Program-made: the position numbers and the translations under genes
Shown: positions 47,725 to 58,533 of the stretch, piece by piece
How positions within the stretch are numbered: position 1 is the stretch's first letter
How the letters are laid out: each line of letters starts with the position of its first letter
Source: Methanobacteriota archaeon
GTDB lineage: Archaea > Halobacteriota > Bog-38 > Methanoflorentales > Methanoflorentaceae
Assembly: GCA_963719035.1 (NCBI GenBank)
Contig: CAVRAO010000013.1
Coordinates: 1-64,000 of the forward strand
DNA length: 64,000 nt
Direction of reading: 5' to 3'
Notes under the pieces: generated by a model
Told to the model about the DNA's origin: nothing
What the model saw: the letters and a program-made list of their open reading frames with translations, nothing else
The model's database searches: none

Positions 47725-49009
47725 TTAACTGCCCCCTCTAATGCGTTTCATGTGCTCAATGCGACGTTGCACGAGTTCGCTCTTACCGATATCGTGCCTT
47801 GCAAATACGTCACCCTTTATGAATTGTAGGGCCCGTTCTGCTTGTTGTTCGGCATTATCTATTGTCTCAGCCACACCGAGGACTGCCAACGCCCGGGAGG
47901 TAGTGGTGACTATCGCGCCATCGCGCTCGTCAACGCTCGCATAAAACAGCGTAGCATCGATCTTATCCTTGTCGATCGTGATCTCGGTCGGTTTGGGGTT
48001 TGCCGGGTAGCCAGCTGGAACCACATACTTGCAGACCGTCGCACTAAGTTCGTATTCAGTCGACTTCAACGTCCCATCAATGGCCGATTCTGCGAGCTCG
48101 ATGAAGTCAGATCTGAGGAGCGGAAGAACGTTCATCGCCTCGGGATCCCCGAATCGACAATTATATTCGACGACCATAAGTCCCGTTTTCGTCAACATAA
48201 ATTGTCCATAGAGGATACCTTTGTACGCCGCGCCGCTGCGTTTCAGCGCGTCAACCGTATCCTGCATAATGGAGACGGCAGCGCTATAGTCCTCCTCTTT
48301 CATAAAGGGTAGAACGTACAGACTTGTCTGTGTAAGAACCCATGCCGCCCGTGTTCGGTCCAAGATCCCCCTCAAAAGCGCGCTTATGATCTTGAACTGC
48401 CGGTGCGGGCGCAACTACGTTTCCATCGACAAATGCTTGCACGGTGAACTCTTCTCCAGAAAGACACTCTTCAATGACGACCGGCCCATTGAGCTTTTTA
48501 AGGTAATCTCTCCCCTCAGAATAGCTGCTGACAATCACGACACCCTTCCCGCCAGTTAAGCCAAAGGGTTTCACTACTAAGTTGCCGTCGTCGATATTCT
48601 CTTTAATGAAGCGATCGGCGTCACTCAAATCGTCGAATAGCGCGTATTTGGGGCATCCTTTGATACCTTGTTGGGACATGAAGGCACGCGTCCAGCCCTT
48701 GTTCGACTCTATCATAGCAGCCTGTTTTGTAGGTCCAAAAGCACGCACACCGTGATCGTTGAGCACGTCGACAATGCCCGCTGCGAGTGGCGCTTCTGGG
48801 CCGATCACTACCAAGTCAGCACTTCTGGCGTACTCTGCCACCTTCTCGACGTCTGTTTCGTTGATGAGGCGGTAGTCCTCGCATAATCGGGCGATTCCTG
48901 GGTTTTTGTATCTCATCGCCGCGTAGAGCGTTGGCTCTTCGGCACTCTGCGTTATTGACATTGCAATCGCGTGCTCACGACCACCAGAACCGACTAGCAA
49001 GACCTTCAT
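47725..49009 (-). CDS. purD: Phosphoribosylamine-glycine ligase (frameshift at ~48325)
   Basis: [35 protein letters not shown], then shifted frame LPFM...[10 protein letters not shown]...[10 protein letters not shown]. Confidence 0.92.
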
Positions 49010-49228
49010 GTTGTGGGGGGTAGGTCATTTTACGATAAAAAGCTATCCGGCACGAGAAGATTCAAAAAATGAGATAGGTGGTACTACTCAATAGTGTTTT
49101 TTTGATAACATCATCTGTGAGGGCAGCTAATTCAAAATAAACTAAGCAGGAGCAAAAATCGGAACTTTTATAGACCATCACGACTGCCTATGTTGTGGGC
49201 CTCATAGAAATAATCGTGAGACGGTTTA

Positions 49229-51055
49229 ATGTGCGGTATAGTTGGGTGTATCGGCAACAGACGAGTAACGCCTATTCTAGTCGAATCACTGAAACGGCTT
49301 GAGTATCGAGGCTATGACTCTGCAGGCATTGCCACGCTCAACGGCGCTGAAATTGACATTACGAAGACTGAAGGTAAGATCTCTGACCTTGAGACTATTT
49401 TGAGTTTGACCGACAATTCCTGTGTTGGAATCGGTCACACGCGGTGGGCTACCCACGGGATTCCCTCCTCGACTAACGCGCATCCTCACGTCGACTGTAG
49501 TGGCAGCATTGCCGTGGTTCATAACGGCATTATAGAGAACTTTCAAGCCCTGAAAGAGGAACTTACGGGCAAAGGCCATATTTTTAGCTCTGACACTGAT
49601 ACCGAAGTGCTGGCACACCTCTGTGAAGACTATTACAACGGTGATCTCGAGCAAGCTGTGCGCGAGGCGCTGCTTCGTGTCGAAGGCTCGTATGCCATCG
49701 CGGTCATATCGGACAATGAGCCAGACGTCATTATCGCCGCGAGAAAAGATAGCCCGTTAATCGTGGGATTGGGGGTCGGGGAGAACTTCCTTGCGAGTGA
49801 CATTCCCGCAATTAGGAAATATACAAACAAGGTCATTTACATCAACGACGAAGAGCTTGTCAGGATCACGAGGGACAGCGTTACCGTATCAACATTGCAG
49901 GGCATTAAAGTCGAGAAAACCGTAACAATCGCGGACGGCAGCATTAAAGATGCAGAGCGCGGTGGCTACGAGCACTTTATGCTTAAGGAGATCCACGAGC
50001 AACCTAAGGCACTCCGTGAGACCATGGAAGATCGTCTGTGCGAGCTCGAGGGTAGCATTGATTTTAAAGAGCTTCGGGCTCTCGAAAACGAGATCCAGGA
50101 GATTGAAAGCATAAGCATCATCGCCTGTGGGACTTCTTACCACGCTGGGCTCCTCGGCAAGTACATACTCGAGGATCTGCTGCGAATCCCGGTCCGTGTC
50201 GAGTACAGTTCTGAGTTTCGATATAACAACGTCCTTTCGGGCAAAAGATCTCTCGCAATCTGCATCAGTCAGTCAGGTGAGACCGCAGACACGCTGGCAG
50301 CGATGAACGAGGCCAAATCGCAAGGATACCTGACGCTTGCGATTACGAACGTGGTCGGTAGCACCATCACGCGAAAAGCCGACGATATTCTCTTCACAAA
50401 ATCAGGAACAGAAATAGGGGTCGCTGCCACAAAAACATTCACGGCTCAGATACTGGTACTGTACATGTTCGGCGTCTATGTCGCGCGATTGAAGAAGCTG
50501 ACAGACGTTGAGACGTCACGAAATATCATCACCTCAATGAAGTCGGTGCCGGGACTTATCGAATCACTGCTCGACAATATCATCACTATCGAGAAAACTG
50601 CTTCTCGAGTTTGCGAAACGGATTGCTGCTATTTCATCGGACGTGGGCTCAACTACCCTATCGCTCTCGAAGGCGCGCTGAAGATGAAAGAGATCTCGTA
50701 CATCAAAGCTGAGGGATTCCCAGCAGGAGAGCTAAAGCACGGCCCGCTCGCTCTTATCACCGCTGACACGCCGGTAATTGCGCTCGTACCGCAGGGTAAG
50801 ACGTATTACAAGACGCTCGGCAACATAAAAGAGGTAAAGGCGCGAAGCGCCTATGTAATTGCGATCGCAAACACCTCTGATGACGAGATCGTCAAATATG
50901 TCGACTCTGTAATCAGGATACCGGACGTTGATGAATTCTTTTCGCCGATGCTCGCTGCAGTAGCGCTTCAGCTGCTCGCGTACTATGCAGCTAAGTACAA
51001 AGGTGCTGCGATCGACCAACCGCGAAATCTCGCCAAGAGCGTTACGGTTGAATAG
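49229..51055 (+). CDS. glmS: Glutamine-fructose-6-phosphate aminotransferase
   Basis: MCGIVG, LEYRGYDS, HTRWATHG, SQSGETADT, PRNLAKSVTVE. Confidence 0.97.
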   Translation: MCGIVGCIGNRRVTPILVESLKRLEYRGYDSAGIATLNGAEIDITKTEGKISDLETILSLTDNSCVGIGHTRWATHGIPSSTNAHPHVDCSGSIAVVHNGIIENFQALKEELTGKGHIFSSDTDTEVLAHLCEDYYNGDLEQAVREALLRVEGSYAIAVISDNEPDVIIAARKDSPLIVGLGVGENFLASDIPAIRKYTNKVIYINDEELVRITRDSVTVSTLQGIKVEKTVTIADGSIKDAERGGYEHFMLKEIHEQPKALRETMEDRLCELEGSIDFKELRALENEIQEIESISIIACGTSYHAGLLGKYILEDLLRIPVRVEYSSEFRYNNVLSGKRSLAICISQSGETADTLAAMNEAKSQGYLTLAITNVVGSTITRKADDILFTKSGTEIGVAATKTFTAQILVLYMFGVYVARLKKLTDVETSRNIITSMKSVPGLIESLLDNIITIEKTASRVCETDCCYFIGRGLNYPIALEGALKMKEISYIKAEGFPAGELKHGPLALITADTPVIALVPQGKTYYKTLGNIKEVKARSAYVIAIANTSDDEIVKYVDSVIRIPDVDEFFSPMLAAVALQLLAYYAAKYKGAAIDQPRNLAKSVTVE

Positions 51056-51227
51056 TTAACAACGCGTCGCGTTCTGTTGCCCAAGTTTATTCCAACGGAG
51101 CCAAATGCCATATAGCTGGAACAATCTTTGAACTACGGGCATTACATGAAGAGTGGCAGTTTGAAATCCTTAGCGGTAGTGGGCATAGCCAGCGTTAATC
51201 CAATGGCTATGGAAGACGGGGTGCGAG

Positions 51228-51662
51228 ATGGCTTTGATAGATAATATCATGGGAATGGTCGCTTCGATAGGCGCTGAGCTCAAGGAGAAGGAGGGGGCTT
51301 ACACGCTTACGCTCGTGGTCGCGGAGCGCAAGGCATTCCTCACAAAGAAAAAGCTCGAGTACATCGCAAGATTCAGGGTTGACGATGCTGCTAAGGAGCT
51401 CAAGTTCACGGAGATGCTTAAAGAGACGGGCTCCGGGGTCTCTGGCGGTGGTGATGGTACCTCTCCGGGATTAGGGTTCAAGGCCGAGACGTACAAGACG
51501 CGAGCAGGCCCCCGGGAGGGCAGCATTACGGAGCAGTCTAACTATTTTGGCAAGCAATATTCTTACAGCTACGACTGGAGCGCGATAAGGACACATATGG
51601 AGCAGGCAGCCCAAGCCTCCGGCTACAGCTTCAGTTACTCCATCACCGGGTGGAAGATTTAG
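51228..51662 (+). CDS. Conserved hypothetical protein
   Basis: 144-aa ORF with GGGGTG RBS; VAERKAFLTKKKLEY...FTEMLKETGSG. Confidence 0.7.
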   Translation: MALIDNIMGMVASIGAELKEKEGAYTLTLVVAERKAFLTKKKLEYIARFRVDDAAKELKFTEMLKETGSGVSGGGDGTSPGLGFKAETYKTRAGPREGSITEQSNYFGKQYSYSYDWSAIRTHMEQAAQASGYSFSYSITGWKI

Positions 51663-51805
51663 CCGGCGAAGGCTCTATAACAAGGGCACTCCATATCCGC
51701 TCAACGTAAGCCCGTTACCTCTGATCATTCTACGCACATTATTGATCGGACAGGACGCTAAGGCAATTTCAAACGCAGAGCACAACCCTTTACAGTCATA
51801 CGATC

Positions 51806-52948
51806 ATGCCGCTAGAACGTACAATCGACATAGGACTTGTGATCCACGGTCCTGAACTCATAGATTCTGGAAAAATCACTGTTATCGTAGAAGCTTTGCG
51901 CTCACTTGGGCCAGTATCGGCGCTTGTTGGAGGTACAATGGCCCGCGTCGCTGCCTTAGATAAGCATCTGACGTTTATCGATACCTCTCAAAAAATACAT
52001 ACGAGCAATGCACTTGCTAAGGTCTCTGACAAAGAGGTTCTTGTTCTTGCTAATTGCGGCAAAACGTCCGAAACAGGAACTGTCTTCGGCCAGATCGTAT
52101 CGTCGCGCGTACAACGTTCTGTTATCCAAGTGGAACGACCGGGGTTGGTCAACGGCAGCGTCATCATTTGGCGGGGCGTGGATGGGGACAAGTCAAGCAA
52201 CGTTCAGCACGTTGCAAGGTACTTGTCACATCGCTTATCCCTTACTCTCATCGAAAAGCAAAAAAAAGGCTTGTCCGTCGAAGATGCTGGCGATATGGTC
52301 TTAAGACATGTCCATGGCGCCAAGCGAGGAGAGCCCGTTTTAGTTCAGGGAAAGGTCGTGGGGACCGTGGTGGGTGACGACGTTTCGATCATCGCACGGA
52401 GCGGTAGTATCGTTGAAATCACAGGGATTGCGACGAAAGCCCATGGAATTGAGAAGATTGGGAATATTGACTTGCGCACTGCTTATATCAAGACTGGCCA
52501 TCTCAGACCGAGCAATGATACTTTCGATCGCCCCTCTACGTTGCCCTCCCGGCCGTTGAAACGTGGCGCAGTTTCGTTTGTCAATCACTGTGCAGAAAGC
52601 ACGTTTGAATCTGTCAATGAAAAAACCATCTGTGTTATTACTGTCGGAGACGACACCACAGCAATATGTGGCGACATTTTATCCCGCGCCGGCATTCCGA
52701 TTATCGGGATCACTGACGGGGACGGCGACGAAATCTATACCGGCGTATGTAAGGCCGAAGGTTCGATCATCCTGCGTCTTAAAAACACAAGCGACGACGA
52801 TGTGGGCTTCTTGCTCGAAGGAAGCTCAGTGCTAGACCGGAATGACTTCACATTGGAGGACGTTGTTGACATCGTCAAAGACTTTTTGCGGCAATCTGGC
52901 GTTGATTTTGTCTTAACCAACAATTTAAAAGCAACCAGTGGCCCTTAG
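51806..52948 (+). CDS. DUF2117-family protein (methanogen-associated)
   Basis: IGLVIHGPELIDSG, GGTMARVA.LD, QVERP, TVGDDTT, GITDGDGD. Confidence 0.8.
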   Translation: MPLERTIDIGLVIHGPELIDSGKITVIVEALRSLGPVSALVGGTMARVAALDKHLTFIDTSQKIHTSNALAKVSDKEVLVLANCGKTSETGTVFGQIVSSRVQRSVIQVERPGLVNGSVIIWRGVDGDKSSNVQHVARYLSHRLSLTLIEKQKKGLSVEDAGDMVLRHVHGAKRGEPVLVQGKVVGTVVGDDVSIIARSGSIVEITGIATKAHGIEKIGNIDLRTAYIKTGHLRPSNDTFDRPSTLPSRPLKRGAVSFVNHCAESTFESVNEKTICVITVGDDTTAICGDILSRAGIPIIGITDGDGDEIYTGVCKAEGSIILRLKNTSDDDVGFLLEGSSVLDRNDFTLEDVVDIVKDFLRQSGVDFVLTNNLKATSGP

Positions 52949-53178
52949 GCGAAACACTGCGGAATAAGCTGGTTGATCATTAGCCGTGTGAACTTAGCGC
53001 TGCGTCTGATTGTACGTAAGGTTACGAATGAGCGTCGATCAACGTTCAATGTGATGAGTGGGCAAGCATCTCGTCGTAACCTGCTTCAGCAAGGCCACAC
53101 ATCCGGAACGAACCTGAGCAATCCTTTGCCGGAAGCGACAATTGGAAATAGAAGAGTGTATTTTTTTAATCTGTTTAG

Positions 53179-53739
53179 GTGAAAACAATGATCCAAAAAA
53201 ACCCTAAGACAAGTTGGATGGATTCAAAAACGCCGAAAATAGAGACCTCTGCGTACGTTCATCCATCAGCGGTTGTAATCGGTGACGTTGAAATCGGCGC
53301 AAACGTGTTCGTCGGACCACATGTGTCGATTCGTGGCGATGAAGGAGGGCCAATAGTAATTGGAAGTGGCTCCAACGTACAAGATCATGTCGTGATGCAC
53401 GCATTGAAGGGAGAAGCTATCACAATCGGCCAAGAAGTATGCGTTGCCCACGCGGCTGTCGTCCACGGGCCGTGCACGATTGGAGATAATAGCTTCATTG
53501 GATTCGGTGCGACTATTTTCAAGGCAAATATCGGCAATGAATGCTTCGTATCGACAAAAGCACTCGTAACGGGCGTTGATCTTCCAAAAGGTAAGTTCGT
53601 CTCAGACGCGCAAGTTGTTGATTCCCTTGCGAAGGTTGCTACGCTTGGTGATGTCCCCGAACCACAGCGCGAGCTCGCTGCTGAAGTGGTCGAAGTGAAT
53701 AAAGAGTTCGCTCAGGGCTACCAACTTCTCGAGCGCTGA
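53179..53739 (+). CDS. Gamma-class carbonic anhydrase
   Basis: Hexapeptide repeats; IRGDE, NVQDHVVMH, AHAAVVHGP, VNKEFAQGY. Confidence 0.9.
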   Translation: MKTMIQKNPKTSWMDSKTPKIETSAYVHPSAVVIGDVEIGANVFVGPHVSIRGDEGGPIVIGSGSNVQDHVVMHALKGEAITIGQEVCVAHAAVVHGPCTIGDNSFIGFGATIFKANIGNECFVSTKALVTGVDLPKGKFVSDAQVVDSLAKVATLGDVPEPQRELAAEVVEVNKEFAQGYQLLER

Positions 53740-53783
53740 GCGACAATTAGGTTAATCAGAGTAGATCGATGTAATATAAGCTC

Positions 53784-53948
53784 CTAGCCCATCTTCTCGA
53801 CGATCTTTTTCAAAAGTTCCTTGATCTCCATGACATCTTGGTAGAATTCAACTCTCATCTGGAATTCCGACTTGTCGTGAAAGTGCGGAGAATGCTCGCT
53901 ATTGTAGTCGTCAACGACCTCTTTGACCATTTCTTCTCGTGTAGGCAT
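53784..53948 (-). CDS. 54-aa small protein missing from the ORF track
   Basis: GGTGA RBS before ATG; MPTREEMVKEVVDDYNSEHSPHFHDKSEFQMRVEFYQDVMEIKELLKKIVEKMG. Confidence 0.6.
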   Translation of the reverse strand: MPTREEMVKEVVDDYNSEHSPHFHDKSEFQMRVEFYQDVMEIKELLKKIVEKMG

Positions 53949-54140
53949 ACAAATCACCAAGCTTAGTTTAACTCAAACCTCTTTAATCTTTCTAATTTGA
54001 ATCTAGGCAAGAGAGAGTGGATCTTCCTCGGAGCTCCGCCCATAGAGTGCGTTACTACTTGTGGTCACTTCTACAGCTATATTCAATATCCGTTCGTCGA
54101 GGCGATCTCGTAGCAAAGCACCTGCAGTTTCAACCTAGCT

Positions 54141-54737
54141 TTAATGTAAGAGGGCCTGATCAGTGATAATTCGATCCTCGTCTGACTGCGCTAGCTTTTT
54201 CCGGATTCGTGAAAGCAAACCCTCATCTCTTGCGACGCTGCTCAAATCGCAGCTAATACCTTTAGTAAGGAGTGCATTTCTATTTATGCTCTTTAGATGT
54301 TTGTCAAAGGAATCTTGAGCAGGCAGCTGCTTTAGTATCGCAAATTTGCTAAGTTGAGTAAGGTCAAGGTCGCGGTAACGGCCAAGTAAGGTATTACCTT
54401 CGGTACCTTCAATCACCACAAGTGCGCCTTCCGGACTTGCTGCAAAATTATCGATTACTCCAACGCGATGGTTAGTGGGGTCACGTACTTCCACCCCGTA
54501 AAGCGCGCACAAGAAATGTGATCGTTTGGCTATATCGTCAGCAAACCCTCTTACAGAACGTATCACTACTCTCTCATTGGACGTTAACACATCTTCTTGG
54601 GTGAAATAGTATCTTGTATTGGGGTCCTTACCTTTTTCGACAAGGTAATAGACCCCCCCTTGGTCTGATACGGCCACGTCGCTTACCTTGCCTAGCTCCG
54701 TGTTGTCTTCGGTCGTTGCGTCTTTTCCTAGATACAT
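54141..54737 (-). CDS. Tandem PRC-barrel protein
   Basis: YLGKDATTEDNTELGKVSDV and LYGVEVRDPTNHRVGVIDNF PRC-like starts. Confidence 0.6.
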   Translation of the reverse strand: MYLGKDATTEDNTELGKVSDVAVSDQGGVYYLVEKGKDPNTRYYFTQEDVLTSNERVVIRSVRGFADDIAKRSHFLCALYGVEVRDPTNHRVGVIDNFAASPEGALVVIEGTEGNTLLGRYRDLDLTQLSKFAILKQLPAQDSFDKHLKSINRNALLTKGISCDLSSVARDEGLLSRIRKKLAQSDEDRIITDQALLH

Positions 54738-55308
54738 AGGGCTCCCCTCAATTTTGCGTAAAAAGGGTACGTGTGTAGGCTTAAGTCATCTTCCCTTAAT
54801 ACAGGCGGCGTTAACAAAGAAAAGTATTTGAAATGGCGCCTTCTTGATTTAGAACCAGCTTTATGACAGGGCTTTTCCCAGCACGTCTTGTCTTTGAAAA
54901 TCAGTCTTGTTTTAGCTTCATTTTCTAGTTCTGGCTGGGCGCGAAAAGAAGCTGATGTGTGAAATCTTTATAATGACGACAACCGTTTGAATCTTTAAAA
55001 GCGCTACAGCAAATGCTGCAGAAATTTGAAAATGCAAATCACAAATTCGCAAAAGAGCTCATTTGTAGGCGAAAACAGCGATGACTATAAGCATACTCCA
55101 AATCGAAAATGGATAAACGGAGATGCTAAACAAACCCGCGTGCCGCCCACACCTGCTATTAGCGGCAAAGTTATGCAGACTTAATGCTTGTAGTCGCGCC
55201 GACTAAGTTACGACCTTCTTTGCTTAAAGCACTGTTACCTCGTTCTTATTAGGTTACAGAGACTGTCAGCGACGCAGTTCGTTTACGACTTGCTATCGGC
55301 TTTCCACC

Positions 55309-55464
55309 TCATTTGGTTCTTACGATACCATCGAAAGCGTTGGCTACGCATTTGGCACACAACTTGCTGTCCGGCCTTTCTAGTCCCAGCTCGCACTCCG
55401 TGTTCAGATCGAAGTGGCAGTAGGTGAAGGTCCTAGCCGTTGTGTCGAATGTCTTTGCTTCCAT
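55309..55464 (-). CDS. 51-aa Cys-rich small protein
   Basis: GGAGGTGA RBS; C-x6-C-x9-CxxC. Confidence 0.6.
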   Translation of the reverse strand: MEAKTFDTTARTFTYCHFDLNTECELGLERPDSKLCAKCVANAFDGIVRTK

Positions 55465-55876
55465 TGTTTGTTCACCTCCTTTGCTCTCTCGAATGCAGTA
55501 AGATCGCTTGCCAGCCCCGTTACGAAGAGGACAACGATGCATATTTTCGCATGTGGTGCTATTCGTGAGCTTAAAGGGGCAGGTAAGCTCCTCGCTCTCG
55601 ATAACGTCGATGATAAGTTGCTATGTAAGTCTGCGTGACACGAATGTCGTGTCACGTACTTGCTTCTTAAAAAAAGTCTACGGGCTGAACTTCTACTTCA
55701 TCGCTTTTACAGATCCACAGTCGAGCTTCGTATGCGAATAAAGAAATCGAAAAACGTTTTAATGAGTTGTTCTCTTATCTGTTTGGCAGATAGCTCTCCT
55801 TGGGTATATGGGGGGCCGTGTTATGTCTCTCTGCTAAGCCGTTATCTGTTGAATATATGGGAGATGGTCAATCAAA

Positions 55877-56179
55877 ATGAAGAGAGTAGTTATAAGCAGC
55901 GTTTTGGCACTTTTATTAATCCTCGTTTTTAGTCTGCCATCAATGGCGCAAGAAACTGCAAATGTTACAGTAACGAGCAACGCGACGACAACAGCGGCAG
56001 CAAATACAACAACAGCAGTAGCAACCACTACAAACGCGACGACCACAGCAGCCGGGGTAACAAGCTTCCTGCAAGCAGCTAATAACACTACAGCACCACC
56101 CGTTCCAGGGTTCGAAGCTATTTTCGCGGTTGCCGGGATTTTGTGTATAGCTCTGATACTTAAAAAGAAGATAGAGTAA
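55877..56179 (+). CDS. Small Thr/Ala-rich surface protein with PGF-CTERM sorting signal
   Basis: Signal peptide, T/A-rich body with NxT sequons, VPGFEA + TM + KKK. Confidence 0.85.
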   Translation: MKRVVISSVLALLLILVFSLPSMAQETANVTVTSNATTTAAANTTTAVATTTNATTTAAGVTSFLQAANNTTAPPVPGFEAIFAVAGILCIALILKKKIE

Positions 56180-56529
56180 TTAACGACTTAGCTTCTAGAG
56201 TTGTGCGGAGCGGGCCCTTAATTAGCCAAGGGCTCGCATTATTTATATTATCATTATTTGTCCTTTGATTCTCTTTAGCTGTACCTACTAGCAGAGCCCG
56301 TGGCCCTCACCGTAATATACGTAATCTCGGGTAGGGTGGTGGTATGTTTTTTCTTCGTTGTCGTTGCAATGCAAAAATTGCGCAGTGGCTCAGCAAAGCC
56401 TACTATCCGAAAGGAGAAACAGTTTACGTGACGCTCGATTTTTTGTCGCATCTGCGTTCGATCGACTACCACACCTTTGAACTGCAAGACGCTCAAAAAT
56501 ACTAATGGCGTGTCGCTAATTATGCTTGG

Positions 56530-56988
56530 GGCGCCTTTCTCTTTCGCTCGGATGACACTTCTACCGATGAGTGGGTGCTGCTCCATGGTGTTCGAACCGA
56601 TGATGAATATGCAGTTAGCTTCTGCAATGTCGGCAATAGAGTTAGTCATCGCACCAGAGCCGAACGAGCGTGCGAGTCCAGATACCGTGGGACCGTGGCA
56701 CAGCCGCGCACAGTGATCAAGGTAGTTGGTGTGGAAGCCCGTTCTTGCCAGCTTGTTCATCAAGTAGTTCTCTTCATTTGTTGTCCTTGCAGAAGCCAGG
56801 AACGCAACCGAATTGGGCCCATACGTGTCCTGCGTTGCCTTGAACGTCGAAGCAACTAAGGATAGGGCTTCGTCGCACGTAGACTCGACTAATGTGCCAT
56901 CTTTTTTGATCAGAGGTACGGTGAGTCGATCCTCTCTGTGAACGAATTCAGCACACGCGTGTCCTTTTGGACAGAGTTTGCCCTCGCT
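56530..56988 (-). pseudogene. fdhA: Internal fragment of formate dehydrogenase alpha subunit
   Basis: EGKLCPKG...DRLTVPLIK...ASARTTNEENY...DHCARLCHGPTV...GSGAMTN; no start, no N-terminal CxxC, similarity ends at KEKGA. Confidence 0.8.
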
Positions 56989-57004
56989 TAAAATCTTCGT
57001 TAGT

Positions 57005-57035
57005 AAAAAAAAGAGAGGACGGGCTTTTGCCCGTC
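57005..57035 (-). terminator. Intrinsic-type terminator after fdhC
   Basis: GACGGGC-AAAA-GCCCGTC perfect stem, then CTCTC and T8 on the - strand. Confidence 0.7.
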
Positions 57036-57074
57036 AAGGTAGCCAGATCTTAAAAAGCCAACTGGCTAGTTTGT

Positions 57075-57932
57075 TCAGTCGATTTCTGCTTGGTCAACGA
57101 TTGCTTTTTCTACTTTGTCGGTTCCACGAAGGAGGGTCCACCAGTAGATCATAGCTACGAACACTGCGCCGCCGATGATGTTACCGAGCGTCACGGGGAG
57201 CAGGTTGACATATAGGAATTCTCCCCATTTTGCCATGTCCCAGCCCCAGTTGTTGGCGAAGATGTAGGTCGGAATGAAGTACATGTTGGCCACGCTGTGC
57301 TCAAAGCCGATGGCGACGAATGCCATTATTGGGAACCAAATCCCAAAGATCTTGCCTATTGTATCGTCTGAGGCAACAGCAAGGTATACAGCAAGACATA
57401 CGAGCCAATTACAGCCTATGCCTCTGTAGAATGCATCCCAGAACGGTAAAGCCAGTTTCGCGTTATACACTGCCTGCGAATTTAAGAAATAGGCGCTAGG
57501 CAATGCACCTGTCTTTGGCGCAACGATGAGGCCTGTGAGAAATGTCAGGACTCCAGCGACGAACACCGCTCCGATGAAGTTGCCCACGTATGAGCCGAGC
57601 CAATTCTTCCCCAATCCCGAGAGTTTCGCTTTGCCGTGAATCACTGCTGCTACTGGGAACATACAGTTGCCCGTGAATAGTTCTGATCCTGCGATGACCA
57701 CTAACATTAAGCCGACGGGAAACACCGCGCCGAATGCGAATCGATATAATCCGATAGGATATCCCGCTCTAATCATGCCGCCAGTCACGATGAGCGCTAA
57801 CAAGCTCCCAAACGCGATATACGCGCCTGCGAGAAATCCCATGAGAAGGAGTTTATCCCACGGGAGTAGCGTTTTCGCTGTGCCAGTGACTTGCACGGCC
57901 TTGATTGTTTCTAAAGGACTTTTAAAAGCCAT
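57075..57932 (-). CDS. fdhC: Formate/nitrite transporter FdhC
   Basis: AGAYIAFG, FPVGL, ELFTGN, GNFIGA, GIGCNWLVC, GFEHSVANM, GNIIGG. Confidence 0.92.
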   Translation of the reverse strand: MAFKSPLETIKAVQVTGTAKTLLPWDKLLLMGFLAGAYIAFGSLLALIVTGGMIRAGYPIGLYRFAFGAVFPVGLMLVVIAGSELFTGNCMFPVAAVIHGKAKLSGLGKNWLGSYVGNFIGAVFVAGVLTFLTGLIVAPKTGALPSAYFLNSQAVYNAKLALPFWDAFYRGIGCNWLVCLAVYLAVASDDTIGKIFGIWFPIMAFVAIGFEHSVANMYFIPTYIFANNWGWDMAKWGEFLYVNLLPVTLGNIIGGAVFVAMIYWWTLLRGTDKVEKAIVDQAEID

Positions 57933-58225
57933 AATATCACCAAAAATTCATTAGAAGCGTTATCTACTATATATCTGTTCATACCTAATCTAAATAGAAG
58001 CTTTTATATAATAGATTAAGACGAGCTTGTTTGCGTTTATCGCTTTTGCTTTGTTGATAGCAAAAAAAAGATATTACGATCATTATTACTGATAATAAAT
58101 AACGTTTTTATACCACGTAGGCAAGAACTTGCGTGATTTCATTAAAATATTAATTATTTGGCTCATTAGAACGACGCTTAGTCTGAAAGCGCGTTAAAAT
58201 AGGGAAAGTCATTATTGGTACATTT

Positions 58226-58247
58226 GTTATTACTGGTTCATAATAAC
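58226..58247. promoter_or_regulatory. Inverted repeat in the fdhC/frhA divergent promoter region
   Basis: GTTATTA-N8-TAATAAC in a 600-bp AT-rich spacer. Confidence 0.35.
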
Positions 58248-58533
58248 GCTTATATTTTTTTAAGACATTTTTTTTCGATGAATTGGAAAAAGTTCATGTG
58301 CAATTTAAGAACTAGAGGGGCTAGAGCAGTAGCAATAGCTTTTTCCTCTATATTTCAGCGTTTGGTTAATCTTGACTTTGCAGAACACGCGAAAGGAGCG
58401 ATTTTCGCTTTTATACGCGCTTCCGAGCGGTTACTTTATATATAGGATATTCGGACTAGACATACCCACTCATTTTTATAACATTAGAGATATTAAAAAC
58501 GTCAATCTCTTAAGAACACCAAAAAAGGAGGTT

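Noticed and set aside
48284-48414. Programmed frameshift or split gene in purD (likewise hyfB-like and cynS)
   Set aside because: No slippery heptamer or stimulatory structure seen; the window-wide indel pattern suggests sequencing error
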